The notes under the pieces are model-generated. The model was not told where the DNA came from. It was given only the letters and a program-made list of their open reading frames with translations, and made no database searches. From the NCBI GenBank assembly GCA_035569395.1, contig DATMNC010000002.1, forward strand, positions 75,593-139,592: a DNA stretch of 64,000 nucleotides, written 5' to 3'. A program made the position numbers and the translations under genes. The stretch comes from Thermoanaerobaculia bacterium (GTDB taxonomy: Bacteria > Acidobacteriota > Thermoanaerobaculia > Gp7-AA8). Shown piece by piece: positions 27,727 to 39,523 of this stretch (the first letter of the stretch is position 1; each line of letters begins with the position of its first letter).

Positions 27727-28716
27727 ATGACTGAAGTTCCCGAACAGCCCAAGCCAATTGCGCCCGCCGCTCCGGCGGCACGGAGCATCGACGAGATCAA
27801 GCGCGATCCGCTCGTTGCGCGCGCCTGCGAGCGCGCGGGCGACGCGATCATTGGGGCGAAAGAGTTCGTTGGTGAGATCTCGCTGACGGTCGATCGCGAT
27901 CGCATTGCCGAGGTGGCGCAGGTGTTCAAGGACGACGGGTTCAACTACCTCGTCGATCTCTCCGGAGTCGATTACTCGAACTATCCGTCCTGGACCGGCG
28001 ATCGCTTCGGCGTGTCGTACACGCTCTATTCCTTCTCGAAGAACAACCGCGTCCGGCTCAAGGTCACGACCGACGAGAACACGCCGATCCCTTCAGTGAC
28101 CTCGGTGTGGAAGACGGCGAACTGGCACGAGCGTGAGACCTTCGACATGCTCGGTATCGTGTTCGAAGGTCACCCGAACCTCGAGCGCATCCTGATGTGG
28201 GAGGGCTTCAACGGCCACCCTCTACGCAAAGACTTTCCGATTCGCGGCATCGACACCGGCGCGCGCATCTATCCCGAGGTCTTCCCCGAGGGTGGAGGAC
28301 CTAGGGCGGGATCGACCGGCAAGGATGTCAAAGACGTCAACATCTACAAGGGCGAATGGACGCATTACGGCACGTGGCCGGTTGCCGAGATCGCCGCTCG
28401 TGCAGCGGAGGGCGGACAAGCCCCGGCGCCGGAGCTTGCCGGCGTCGTCGCCGACACGGCCCAGCCAACCGAGGACGCGCCGTGGCACGATCCGGAAAAG
28501 GCGCTTCCGGAACGGATGGAGCTGGCCAAAGAAGGCAGCCTGAAAGACAAGCTGTTCGCCGCCATGGCCCAGACCGACTGCACCGCCTGCGGCTGGGACT
28601 GCGAGGGCTACGCCGCCGCGCTGGCAAGCGGCGAAACCAACGACATCACGCTCTGCGTCCCCGGCGAAGACGAGACCGAGTCGATGCTGAAGCAGTTGAT
28701 GGCGGGGAAACCGTGA
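27727..28716 (+). CDS. nuoC: NADH-quinone oxidoreductase subunit C fused to a C-terminal RnfB/CODH-delta-type 4-Cys Fe-S domain
   Basis: NuoC core FNYLVDLSGVDY...WHERETFDMLGIVFEGHPNLERIL; C-terminal ~145-aa extension with DCTACGWDCEGYAAALASGETNDITLCVPGE (compare RnfB N-terminus QCGQCGYPGCRPYAEAI...CAPGGE). Confidence 0.85.
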   Translation: MTEVPEQPKPIAPAAPAARSIDEIKRDPLVARACERAGDAIIGAKEFVGEISLTVDRDRIAEVAQVFKDDGFNYLVDLSGVDYSNYPSWTGDRFGVSYTLYSFSKNNRVRLKVTTDENTPIPSVTSVWKTANWHERETFDMLGIVFEGHPNLERILMWEGFNGHPLRKDFPIRGIDTGARIYPEVFPEGGGPRAGSTGKDVKDVNIYKGEWTHYGTWPVAEIAARAAEGGQAPAPELAGVVADTAQPTEDAPWHDPEKALPERMELAKEGSLKDKLFAAMAQTDCTACGWDCEGYAAALASGETNDITLCVPGEDETESMLKQLMAGKP

Positions 28717-28720
28717 TGAG

Positions 28721-28815
28721 CGCGGTTGCGAAGTCTCGAGGTTGCGCGGTCTCGCGGTGCTGCGCCGAGCGGCAAACCGCGCGACTGCGCGACCCCGAGA
28801 CCGCGCAACCGGGGG
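28721..28815. repeat. Inverted-repeat element of the GGTCTCGC/GGTTGCGC family inside the nuo operon (nuoC|nuoD junction)
   Basis: gcggttgcgaagtctcgaggttgcgcggtctcgcggtg mirrored by caaaccgcgcgactgcgcgaccccgagaccgcgcaaccg. Confidence 0.65.
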
Positions 28816-28827
28816 GAGGTCGGCGGC

Positions 28828-29943
28828 GTGTTTGACGTTCACGAAATGGAGGTCAACTTCGGTCCCCAGCATCCGTCGACGCACGGGGTGCTGCGGGTGA
28901 TTCTGAAGATTGACGGCGAACGCATCATCGACGCCAAGCCGATCATCGGCTACCTCCATCGCGGTACCGAAAAGCTGTTCGAGGCCATGTCCTATCCGAT
29001 GTGCATCCCGCATACGGACCGGATGGATTACGTCGCCTCGGCCACAAACAACCTCGGCTTCGTGGAGACGGTCGAGAAGCTGATGGGGATCACCAAGCAG
29101 ATTCCGAAGCGCGCGCAGCTCATGCGCGTGATGCTCAGCGAGCTGCAGCGGATCTCATCGCATCTTCTCTGGCTGGCCACGCACGCCATCGATATCGGCG
29201 CGATGACGCCGTTCTTCTACTGCTTCCGCGAGCGCGAGCAGGTCCTCGATCTTTTCGAGGAGTACTGCGGGGCGCGCCTGACGCTGAACTGCATGCGCAT
29301 CGGCGGCATGCCGGACGATCTTCCTCCGGACTGGCTCGATGGCGTCGAGAAGTTCGTCGACAAGTTCGAGGATGCCGTCGACGAGTACGAGTCGCTGCTG
29401 ACGAATAACCGCATCTGGAAAAAGCGCACCGTCGGCATCGGTGTCATCTCACCGGAGGATGCAATCGATTGGGGCATCACCGGCCCGCCACTGCGCGGCT
29501 CGGGCGTCGAATGGGATCTTCGGCGGGCGCAGCCTTACGAGTGCTATCCGGAGCTGAAGTTCGAGATCCCGATCGGCAAGAACGGCGATACCTACGACCG
29601 CTACCTGGTCCGGATGGAAGAGATGCGGCAGTCGAACTGGATCCTCAAACAGTGCATTCCGCTGGTGAAGGCGACGCCGGCAGGCGACATCAAGGCGAAA
29701 ATCTCGCGTGTGGTGCGGCCACCCGAGGGCGAGGTCTATCACTCCATCGAATCGCCGAAAGGGGAGCTGGGCTACTACATCGTCTCCGACGGCAAATCGC
29801 AAAGCGCCTATCGCTGCCACGTGCGCCCGCCGTCATTCGTCAACCTGCAGGCGCTGCCGGCGATGGCGAAGGGACACCTTGTTTCCGATTTGGTGGCTCT
29901 GATTGGGACCATTGATATCGTCTTGGGCGAGGTGGATCGGTGA
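28828..29943 (+). CDS. nuoD: NADH-quinone oxidoreductase subunit D
   Basis: NFGPQHPSTHGVLRV, RIGGM; start at GTG 28828 (GGAGGT 7 nt upstream) or ATG 28846; earlier part of the six-frame ORF translates the repeat. Confidence 0.9.
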   Translation: MFDVHEMEVNFGPQHPSTHGVLRVILKIDGERIIDAKPIIGYLHRGTEKLFEAMSYPMCIPHTDRMDYVASATNNLGFVETVEKLMGITKQIPKRAQLMRVMLSELQRISSHLLWLATHAIDIGAMTPFFYCFREREQVLDLFEEYCGARLTLNCMRIGGMPDDLPPDWLDGVEKFVDKFEDAVDEYESLLTNNRIWKKRTVGIGVISPEDAIDWGITGPPLRGSGVEWDLRRAQPYECYPELKFEIPIGKNGDTYDRYLVRMEEMRQSNWILKQCIPLVKATPAGDIKAKISRVVRPPEGEVYHSIESPKGELGYYIVSDGKSQSAYRCHVRPPSFVNLQALPAMAKGHLVSDLVALIGTIDIVLGEVDR

Positions 29944-29948
29944 TTCAG

Positions 29949-30073
29949 AAAAGCGAAATGTTGAATGTTGAATGTTCAATGTTGAATGTTGAATGGAACC
30001 GCTGGAACCACCGCGTGGCGAAGCCCTCATTCAACATTGAACATTCAACGTTGAACATTCAACATTCGCTTTT
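29949..30073. repeat. TGTTGAA heptamer hairpin element (copy 2), filling the nuoD|nuoH junction where nuoEFG normally lie
   Basis: aaaagcgaaatgttgaatgttgaatgttcaatgttgaatgttgaatg ... cattcaacattgaacattcaacgttgaacattcaacattcgcttttg. Confidence 0.75.
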
Positions 30074-30091
30074 GACTCTGGAGGTACGCCA

Positions 30092-31264
30092 ATGACGCTC
30101 GACCTCCTCATGCGCTACCTCATTTGGCCTCTGGTCAAGTTCCTGGTGGCGTTCATCATCGTGCAGGTCATCGTCGCGGCGATGAACTGGGTGGAGCGCC
30201 GGCTCCTTGGACTGATGCAGGCCCGGCTCGGACCGAACCGCGTCGGACGTGAATTCGGGATTCCGTGGGGACTGGCGCAGATCGTGGCCGACCCGATCAA
30301 GTTCATCCTGAAGGAAGACATCGTTCCCTCGAGCTCCGAGAAGGTTGCCTACTTCCTCGGGCCGATGCTGCCGCTGATTCCGGCCTTCCTGGTCTTCTGC
30401 CTGATCCCGTACGGTCCGCCGCCGACGTTCGTGGTGACGCATGTGAACGTCGGTCTGCTGCTGATCCTGGCGCTGACGTCGACCGGCGTCTACGGCATCA
30501 TCCTCGGCGGCTGGGCATCGAACAACAAGTACTCGCTCATGGGCGGCCTGCGAAGCGCCGCGCAGATGGTGTCGTACCAGGTGCCGTTCGGCCTGTCGAT
30601 CGTCGGCGTGCTGATGCTCTGCGGCAGCTTCGACCTGGTGCACATCATCAATTACCAGGCGGACCACATCTGGAATCTCTTCCCGCAGCTCATCGCCGCG
30701 TTCATCTTCCTGGTGGCCATGAACGCGGAGAACAACCGCACGCCGTTCGACTTACCGGAAGCGGAGTCGGAGCTCGTGGCCGGCTATCACACCGAGTACT
30801 CGGCGATGAAGTTCGCCTTCTTCATGCTGGCTGAATATTCGTCGATGATCGTCAACTGCTGTCTCATGGTCAGCCTCTTCTTCGGCGGCTGGACCATGGC
30901 CATCAATGGGTACGGCCTGACCACCGGCGTGCTGCGGGGCATGGGACTGGCCGGCGGCATCCTCGGTGCGCTGATCTTCATCACCAAGGTGATGGTCTTC
31001 ATGCTGATGTACATCTGGTTCCGGGCCACCTTCCCGCGCTTCCGCTTCGATCAGCTCATGGATCTGGGTTGGAAGTGGATGATTCCGCTGGCACTGGCGA
31101 ACATCGCCGTCACCGCCATCGTGGTGCTCCTCGGGCAGGAGCTCAATTTCCAAGGAGAGGTCGTGCTGTCGATCGCCGGGGCGGCGATCATCGCATTCAC
31201 GTTATTTCTGTTGCTCCGGCCGCGCGCAAAGGTGACCCATGCACGTCGAGTATCCGAAGCCTAG
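30092..31264 (+). CDS. nuoH: NADH-quinone oxidoreductase subunit H (with extra C-terminal hydrophobic segment)
   Basis: MQARLGPNRVG, GWASNNKYSLMGGLRSAAQMVSYQVP; GGAGGT 6 nt upstream of the ATG. Confidence 0.9.
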   Translation: MTLDLLMRYLIWPLVKFLVAFIIVQVIVAAMNWVERRLLGLMQARLGPNRVGREFGIPWGLAQIVADPIKFILKEDIVPSSSEKVAYFLGPMLPLIPAFLVFCLIPYGPPPTFVVTHVNVGLLLILALTSTGVYGIILGGWASNNKYSLMGGLRSAAQMVSYQVPFGLSIVGVLMLCGSFDLVHIINYQADHIWNLFPQLIAAFIFLVAMNAENNRTPFDLPEAESELVAGYHTEYSAMKFAFFMLAEYSSMIVNCCLMVSLFFGGWTMAINGYGLTTGVLRGMGLAGGILGALIFITKVMVFMLMYIWFRATFPRFRFDQLMDLGWKWMIPLALANIAVTAIVVLLGQELNFQGEVVLSIAGAAIIAFTLFLLLRPRAKVTHARRVSEA

Positions 31265-31769
31265 GTGGACCGACAAGTTTCTTCTCCTCGACATGCTCGA
31301 GGGGTTGAAGACTACCTTTCGGGAGCTGTTCAAACCGAAGGTGACGATCCGCTATCCGGAAGAGCGGCTCGAGCCGGCCAACCGCTTCCGCGGCATGTTC
31401 AAGTTTTCCTTCGACCGCTGTATCGCCTGTAAGCTCTGCGCGCTGGCCTGCCCGATCGACATCATCTACATCGACGTCCACGACGAGCAGCGCGAAGTCG
31501 ACGGCAAGATGAGGAAGCTGAAGGTTCTGGACCGCTACGACATCGACGTGAAGCGCTGCATGTTCTGCTCGCTCTGCGAAGAGGCCTGCCCGACCAAGCC
31601 GAAGTCGATCTGGCTGACGACGAAGACCTACGAGCTGGCCACGTACGACCGCAGCGATCTCTACTTCAACATGCAGCAACTCGAGTATTGGGAAGGGCGG
31701 CCGGAGTATGCCGGACTCCCGGCCGATGAGTCGCTGGAGAAGAAGAAGATCGAGGGAGGGACGGCATGA
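31239..31769 (+). CDS. nuoI: NADH-quinone oxidoreductase subunit I (2x[4Fe-4S])
   Basis: CIACKLCALACP and CMFCSLCEEACP ferredoxin motifs. Confidence 0.9.
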   Translation: MHVEYPKPRWTDKFLLLDMLEGLKTTFRELFKPKVTIRYPEERLEPANRFRGMFKFSFDRCIACKLCALACPIDIIYIDVHDEQREVDGKMRKLKVLDRYDIDVKRCMFCSLCEEACPTKPKSIWLTTKTYELATYDRSDLYFNMQQLEYWEGRPEYAGLPADESLEKKKIEGGTA

Positions 31770-32434
31770 GTCCAGCCCTGCTCGTCTTCGCGCTCGTCGG
31801 AACCGTGGCGGTTGCGGCTTCGATCCTCGTCGTGGCCATGAGGAACCCGGTGCACTCCGCGCTCTTTCTGCTCCTGACGTTTCTCTGCGTGGCTGTGCTC
31901 TTCGTGATGAAGGACGCGGAATTCGTCGGCGCGGTGCAGGTGCTGGTCTACGCCGGCGGCATCATGGTGCTCTTTCTCTTCGTGGTGATGCTGATCAACG
32001 TCCGCCATCTGCCCGACGAGCGGGTCCTCTCGAATTTCTGGAAGGGTGGCTTCGCCGTCGGCCTGGCGGTGTTCATCCTCTTCTTCACGCTGGTGAGGCC
32101 CGGCGTTTACCACGATCCTGTTTCGAGCGATAAGGCGCTGCGCTCGACGTACACGTATCGCCATCGCAAGGTGAAGCAACCGGACGGCACCGTGGTCCGG
32201 AAGCTGATCCGCCGCGGCAAGGTGGTCGGCAACTCCGAGGCCGTGGGGATGGCGCTGTATACCGACTACCTGGTCCCGTTCGAAGTGGCCTCGCTTTTCC
32301 TGCTCGTGGCGATGATCGGCGCGATCGTCATCGGCAAGCGCGAGCTGTCGGCGATCGAAGAGGAGAACGTGCCGGCGTACATGCTCGAGCGCGTCGAGAC
32401 GGAGCACGCGGTGAAGGGGGGCATGGGTGCCTGA
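31766..32434 (+). CDS. nuoJ: NADH-quinone oxidoreductase subunit J
   Basis: Hydrophobic 222 aa, VQVLVYAGGIMVLFLFVVML; ATGA overlap with nuoI. Confidence 0.85.
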   Translation: MSPALLVFALVGTVAVAASILVVAMRNPVHSALFLLLTFLCVAVLFVMKDAEFVGAVQVLVYAGGIMVLFLFVVMLINVRHLPDERVLSNFWKGGFAVGLAVFILFFTLVRPGVYHDPVSSDKALRSTYTYRHRKVKQPDGTVVRKLIRRGKVVGNSEAVGMALYTDYLVPFEVASLFLLVAMIGAIVIGKRELSAIEEENVPAYMLERVETEHAVKGGMGA

Positions 32435-32741
32435 CGCCATTCCAAGTACCGAGGCCTATCTGATGCTCTCGGGGACACTCTTCGCCGTCGGCCTGGTCGG
32501 CGTGATCATCCGCCGCAACATGATCACCGTCCTGATGGCGGTCGAGCTGATGATGAACGCGGTCAACATCAACCTCGTGGCCTTCTCGCATCGTTTCGCA
32601 TCGCTGGAAGGACAGATCTTCACGATCTTCATCATCACCGTCGCGGCGGGGGAAGCCGCTGTCGGCCTGGCCATCATCATCCAGTTGTATCGTCTCAAGA
32701 GCTCGATCAATGTCGATGACGCGAGGTCGCTGAATGGTTAG
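32427..32741 (+). CDS. nuoK: NADH-quinone oxidoreductase subunit K
   Basis: 104 aa, LMAVELMMNAVNINLVAFS, AAGEAAVGLAI. Confidence 0.9.
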   Translation: MPDAIPSTEAYLMLSGTLFAVGLVGVIIRRNMITVLMAVELMMNAVNINLVAFSHRFASLEGQIFTIFIITVAAGEAAVGLAIIIQLYRLKSSINVDDARSLNG

Positions 32742-32885
32742 GAATTTCATCCTGACGGAGCGCGAAGCGATCCGTCAGGATCTCCGGCGGCGCCGCGCAG
32801 TCGGTGGTTCCAGCGCAGGTCTCGCGGTGCCACCGGAGATGCTGACGATGCGCTGCGCGCATCGCAGCATGGGGGGGAAACAGGC

Positions 32886-35054
<2,169 letters not shown>

Positions 35055-35069
35055 GGGGAACGACGGAAG

Positions 35070-36668
35070 ATGGGCATTATTCTCAACCTTGTCACCTACA
35101 TCCCGCTGATCGGCGCGATCGTCATCCTCTTCTTCGTTCGAAAAGAGAATGGCAAGGCCATTCGCTATACGGCCACGATCTTCGCCGTCGTCGACTTCAT
35201 CGCCTCCCTCTATCTCTGGTTCAACTTCGATCCGCACGGCACCGGCGCGCACCTCTTCCAGTTCCGCGAAACGTACACCTGGATTCCCTCACTCGGCGTG
35301 CAGTACGACTTCGGCATCGACGGCATCTCGCTTCTGCTCATCCTGCTGACGACGTTCATGGGCATCATCGCCGTCGTCTCGTCGTATTCGGCCATCAATC
35401 ACCGGCAGAAGGAGTACTACACCCTCCTGCTGCTTCTACAGACAGGCATGATCGGCACGTTCTGCGCGCTCGACTTCTTCCTCTTCTACGTCTTCTGGGA
35501 AATCATGCTCGTGCCGATGTACTTCATCATCGGCATCTGGGGCGGGCCGCGGAAGCTGTACGCGGCGATCAAGTTCTTCCTCTACACGCTGACCGGATCG
35601 GTGGTCATGCTGCTGTCGATCCTGGCCCTCTACTTCTTCAACGACGGCGGCATTCCGTTCCTCAACATCAAAGGTCTCGGCAACGCGGCGACGTTCTCGG
35701 TCCTGCAGTACCACAACATCGGACACCTGATCCCGCCGACGCTGCAGTTCTGGATCTTCCTCGGCTTCTTCCTCGGCTTCGCCATCAAAGTGCCGATGTT
35801 CCCGTTCCACACCTGGTTGCCCGACGCCCACGTCGAAGCGCCCACGGCCGGCTCGATCATCCTGGCCGCGGTCCTGCTGAAGATGGGCACCTACGGCTTC
35901 GTGCGTTTCGCGTTGCCGATCCTGCCGGACGCCACGAAGCAGCTCATCGTGCCGATCGTGGTCCTGTCGATCATCGGCATCATCTACGGCGCGCTCGTGT
36001 CGCTGGTGCAGAAGGACATGAAGAAGCTGGTGGCGTACTCATCGGTTTCGCACCTCGGCTTCGTCATGCTGGGGATGTTCGCGCTCAATCCGATGGGGCT
36101 CAAAGGCTCCGTCCTGCAGATGATCAACCATGGCATCTCGACGGGCGCGCTCTTCCTTCTGGTCGGCATCATCTACGAGCGGCGGCATACGCGCATGATC
36201 GCGGACTACGGCGGGCTGGCCAAGCAGATGCCGGTGTACGCGACGCTGTTCCTCATCGCCGCACTTTCGTCGATGGGACTTCCAGCGCTCAACGGGTTCA
36301 TCGGCGAGTTCACCATCCTCCTCGGCGCAGCGAACAAGTCGATCGTCTGGGCATCGTTCGCCGCCGTCGGCATCGTCCTCGGCGCTGCCTACTTGTTGTG
36401 GCTCTACCAGCGCGTATTCTGGGGACCGCTCGACAACCCCGCGAACAAAAACGTTCCGGACGTCAACCGCCGCGAGCTCGGTATGCTCCTGGCGCTCGTC
36501 TTCCTGATGGTCTGGATCGGCATCAAGCCGGCCGTCTTCTTCGACGTCATCGAGGAGCCGGTCAACTACATCGTCCGCAAGGTCGATCCGACATACTTTG
36601 ACAGACAGCCGCTGACGTATCCGCCGGCCGCGCCGGTCGTCGTCACCGCGGTCGAGACCACGCGATGA
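35070..36668 (+). CDS. nuoM: NADH-quinone oxidoreductase subunit M
   Basis: 532 aa, HTWLPDAHVEAPTAGSIILAAVLLKMGTYG. Confidence 0.9.
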   Translation: MGIILNLVTYIPLIGAIVILFFVRKENGKAIRYTATIFAVVDFIASLYLWFNFDPHGTGAHLFQFRETYTWIPSLGVQYDFGIDGISLLLILLTTFMGIIAVVSSYSAINHRQKEYYTLLLLLQTGMIGTFCALDFFLFYVFWEIMLVPMYFIIGIWGGPRKLYAAIKFFLYTLTGSVVMLLSILALYFFNDGGIPFLNIKGLGNAATFSVLQYHNIGHLIPPTLQFWIFLGFFLGFAIKVPMFPFHTWLPDAHVEAPTAGSIILAAVLLKMGTYGFVRFALPILPDATKQLIVPIVVLSIIGIIYGALVSLVQKDMKKLVAYSSVSHLGFVMLGMFALNPMGLKGSVLQMINHGISTGALFLLVGIIYERRHTRMIADYGGLAKQMPVYATLFLIAALSSMGLPALNGFIGEFTILLGAANKSIVWASFAAVGIVLGAAYLLWLYQRVFWGPLDNPANKNVPDVNRRELGMLLALVFLMVWIGIKPAVFFDVIEEPVNYIVRKVDPTYFDRQPLTYPPAAPVVVTAVETTR

Positions 36669-38143
36669 CCTGGAACGACATGATTTATCTCCTGCCGGAG
36701 ATCATTCTCACGGCAGGTGCCTCGGCACTCCTGCTCGTGCCGGTCATTGGCGCGCGCGGCGCGAAGCTCTCCGCGAAATGGATGATGCTCGTCCTGCTCG
36801 CCATCACCGCGGGATCGCTCATCATCTGTTCCCACGCCGTCGAGACCATCGATCAGTCGCGGCAACTGCAGGCGATGTTCGCCCTCGACGCCTTCTCGAT
36901 CTTCTTCAAGCTGCTCTTCATCGCCGCCATCGCCATGCTGGTGATGATGTCCGACGACTTTCTCGCGGAATCGCGCTATTCGCCGTGGGAGTACTACTCC
37001 CTGCTCGGGTTCGCCCTCTGCGGCATGATGTTCATGGCCTCGGGCGTCCACCTCATCACCATCTACATCGGCCTGGAGCTGCTGTCGCTTTCGAGCTACA
37101 TCCTGGCGGGCTTCTACAAGAGCGAGCTGAAGTCCACCGAGGCCGCGATGAAGTACTTCATCCTTGGGGCGGTCAGCTCGGCCATCCTGCTGTACGGAAT
37201 CTCGCTCATCTACGGTGTCTGCGGCTCGCTCAACCTGCTCGACATCGCCGCGGCCATGTCGACGATCGTCACCAACGACGCGCTGATGTTCGGGATCATG
37301 CTGCTCGGCGCGGGGCTTTGTTTCAAGATCGCCGCGGTGCCGTTCCACGTCTGGACGCCCGACGTTTACGAAGGCGCGCCGACGCCGATCGCCGCGTTTC
37401 TCTCCACCGGCTCCAAAGCGGCGGCCTTTGCCATCTTCGCGCGCATCTTCTACGTCGGCCTGCACGACTTTCATCTCGAGTGGAACTACGTTCTGGCCAC
37501 GATTTCCGCTCTCTCGATGATCCTCGGCAACTTCGCCGCGCTCACGCAGGACAACGTCAAGCGGATGCTCGGCTACTCATCGATCGCGCACGCCGGCTAT
37601 GTCCTGCTCGGAATCATCTCGCTCAACACGCTCGGCCTTCGCGGAATCCTGGTCTACTCGATCGTCTACATCTTCGCGAACCTCGGCATCTGGTCGACGG
37701 TGCTGATGCTCCGCCGCCATCAGTACGCCGGCGAGCGGGTCGATGACTTCGAAGGACTCAGCCGCCGCGCGCCGCTCTGGGCGTTCGCCATGGTCATCTT
37801 CCTGCTTTCCCTCGGCGGCATCCCGCCCACGGCAGGATTCATCGGCAAATACTTTCTCTTCGCGGCCGCGGTGCAGGCCGGCTTCGGCTGGCTGGCCGTC
37901 ATCGCCGTGCTGATGTCGGCCGTGTCGATGTTCTACTACCTCCGCCTCGTTGTGGCGATGTACCTGCGCGAAGGGGTCGAGGCGGAATTCGCGATCACGA
38001 CGCCGCTCAAGATCGTCGCCGGCCTCTGTCTCATCGTCACGCTGGCGCTGGGCATCCTTCCCGCGCCGATGATCGATCAGGTCATCGCTTCTTCAAGCAA
38101 CGTCGCAGCCCGCGCCGCGCTCACGCCCCATGCCGGACGATAA
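36665..38143 (+). CDS. nuoN: NADH-quinone oxidoreductase subunit N
   Basis: 492 aa, FHVWTPDVYEGAPTPIAAFLSTGSKAAAF. Confidence 0.9.
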   Translation: MTWNDMIYLLPEIILTAGASALLLVPVIGARGAKLSAKWMMLVLLAITAGSLIICSHAVETIDQSRQLQAMFALDAFSIFFKLLFIAAIAMLVMMSDDFLAESRYSPWEYYSLLGFALCGMMFMASGVHLITIYIGLELLSLSSYILAGFYKSELKSTEAAMKYFILGAVSSAILLYGISLIYGVCGSLNLLDIAAAMSTIVTNDALMFGIMLLGAGLCFKIAAVPFHVWTPDVYEGAPTPIAAFLSTGSKAAAFAIFARIFYVGLHDFHLEWNYVLATISALSMILGNFAALTQDNVKRMLGYSSIAHAGYVLLGIISLNTLGLRGILVYSIVYIFANLGIWSTVLMLRRHQYAGERVDDFEGLSRRAPLWAFAMVIFLLSLGGIPPTAGFIGKYFLFAAAVQAGFGWLAVIAVLMSAVSMFYYLRLVVAMYLREGVEAEFAITTPLKIVAGLCLIVTLALGILPAPMIDQVIASSSNVAARAALTPHAGR

Positions 38144-38363
38144 CGACAGCGGTCCCGGCAAGAAGCTCCGCCAGAACGAACAGCTCCTGGAGGCGTCCTC
38201 GATCGGACTCATGTTCCCGATCGCCATGGGCATCGGCTATGCCTGGGGGTGGGGGATGGACAAGCTCTTTCACACCAAGCCGTGGCTGACGTGGATCTTC
38301 ACCGGATTCGGCATCATTGCCGCGTTCATCAACCTATTCCGGATCGGCTTACGAAAAGAATGA
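38130..38363 (+). CDS. atpZ: AtpZ-like small membrane protein (ATP synthase gene 1 family)
   Basis: 77 aa, LMFPIAMGIGYAWGWGMDKLFHTKPWLTWIFTGFGIIAAFINLFR; overlaps the nuoN stop. Confidence 0.55.
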   Translation: MPDDNDSGPGKKLRQNEQLLEASSIGLMFPIAMGIGYAWGWGMDKLFHTKPWLTWIFTGFGIIAAFINLFRIGLRKE

Positions 38364-38366
38364 CGA

Positions 38367-38768
38367 ATGACGACGGCAGCTCAGGATGAGCCCCCCGAGG
38401 TCGTCCTGCGACGCATCCGGCGCATTGCCGTAGGCGCATGGGTCGCCTTTGTGGTGCCTGTCCTGATGACCGGCGGATGGCGCGGATTGATCGGATTGAC
38501 TTGCAGTGGCCTCGTCACTATGATCAACTTCCTTTGGTTGGAGGAGATTGTCCAGGCACTGCTCCAACCGACGCGCCGGCACCTCGGGAGACTGACAGTA
38601 CGTACTCTGTCGCGATACGCTCTCCTCGGTGCGGCGCTTTCGGTCACAATCTTCGTAGCTCGTATCAATGCCGCAAGTGTGTTGCTGGGGTTCTCGGTTG
38701 TGGTGGTGGGAATCATGGGTGAAGCTGTGTATTCGACGTTCCGAAGCTTCGCCGATCAAAGAGACTGA
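38367..38768 (+). CDS. atpI: ATP synthase protein I-like membrane protein
   Basis: 133 aa, 4 hydrophobic segments, directly upstream of atpB. Confidence 0.5.
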   Translation: MTTAAQDEPPEVVLRRIRRIAVGAWVAFVVPVLMTGGWRGLIGLTCSGLVTMINFLWLEEIVQALLQPTRRHLGRLTVRTLSRYALLGAALSVTIFVARINAASVLLGFSVVVVGIMGEAVYSTFRSFADQRD

Positions 38769-39475
38769 TGGAACACGAACGCTCGATTCTTTACGGACCG
38801 GTCAACGCGCTGTGGCACAGCGTACAGCACCGCTTTGTCTGGGACATCCCCGATCACGTCGTCATGGCGCTGCTGGTCCTGCTGATCAGCATGGTCGTTT
38901 TTCCGCTCATGGCGCGGAAGATAAGCCGCGACAATCCCGGCAACTTTCAGCAGATTCTGGAGCTCGTCGTCAGCGGCCTAAAAGGCCTGCTCCACGACAT
39001 CATCGGCCACGATGGTGATCGCTTCCTGTACATCATCGGGGGCTTCGCCGCGTTCATCTTCGTCTCGAACATCTTCGGGATCTTCTTTTTTCTGCAGCCG
39101 CCCACGAGCAATCCGAATACGACCTTCGCTCTCGCCCTCACCGCGTTTCTCTACTACAACTGGCAGGGTTTCCGGACGCAGGGCGTGGTGCACTACCTCA
39201 AGCACTTCATGGGGCCACTGCCCATTTTGGCGCCGCTGATGATTCCCATCGAGATCATCGGGCACTTGGCACGCATCCTGTCTCTGGGGATGCGCTTGTT
39301 CGGCAATATTTTCGGCGAGCATTCCGCCACCGGCATCTTCATGGGGATACTTCCCTTTGTCATTCCCTGGCCGATGATGGGGCTTGGCATCTTCGGTGCC
39401 TTTCTTCAGACCTTCGTCTTCATCATGCTGACGATGGTCTACCTCGCCGGGGCCACCGTGGTGGAAGAACACTGA
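38768..39475 (+). CDS. atpB: F0F1 ATP synthase subunit a
   Basis: GHLARILSLGMRLFGNIFGEH (conserved Arg region), MVYLAGATVVEEH C-terminus. Confidence 0.85.
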   Translation: MEHERSILYGPVNALWHSVQHRFVWDIPDHVVMALLVLLISMVVFPLMARKISRDNPGNFQQILELVVSGLKGLLHDIIGHDGDRFLYIIGGFAAFIFVSNIFGIFFFLQPPTSNPNTTFALALTAFLYYNWQGFRTQGVVHYLKHFMGPLPILAPLMIPIEIIGHLARILSLGMRLFGNIFGEHSATGIFMGILPFVIPWPMMGLGIFGAFLQTFVFIMLTMVYLAGATVVEEH

Positions 39476-39523
39476 TTTTCGCAATTGATGACTTCACAAG
39501 ATTTCAGGAAAGGAGGATAGGTA

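Noticed and set aside
29944-30091. Assembly gap or collapsed region explaining the missing nuoEFG
   Set aside because: The sequence is contiguous, with no N runs, and the gap is occupied by a defined hairpin element seen elsewhere in the window. A separate locus for nuoEFG cannot be excluded from this window alone.
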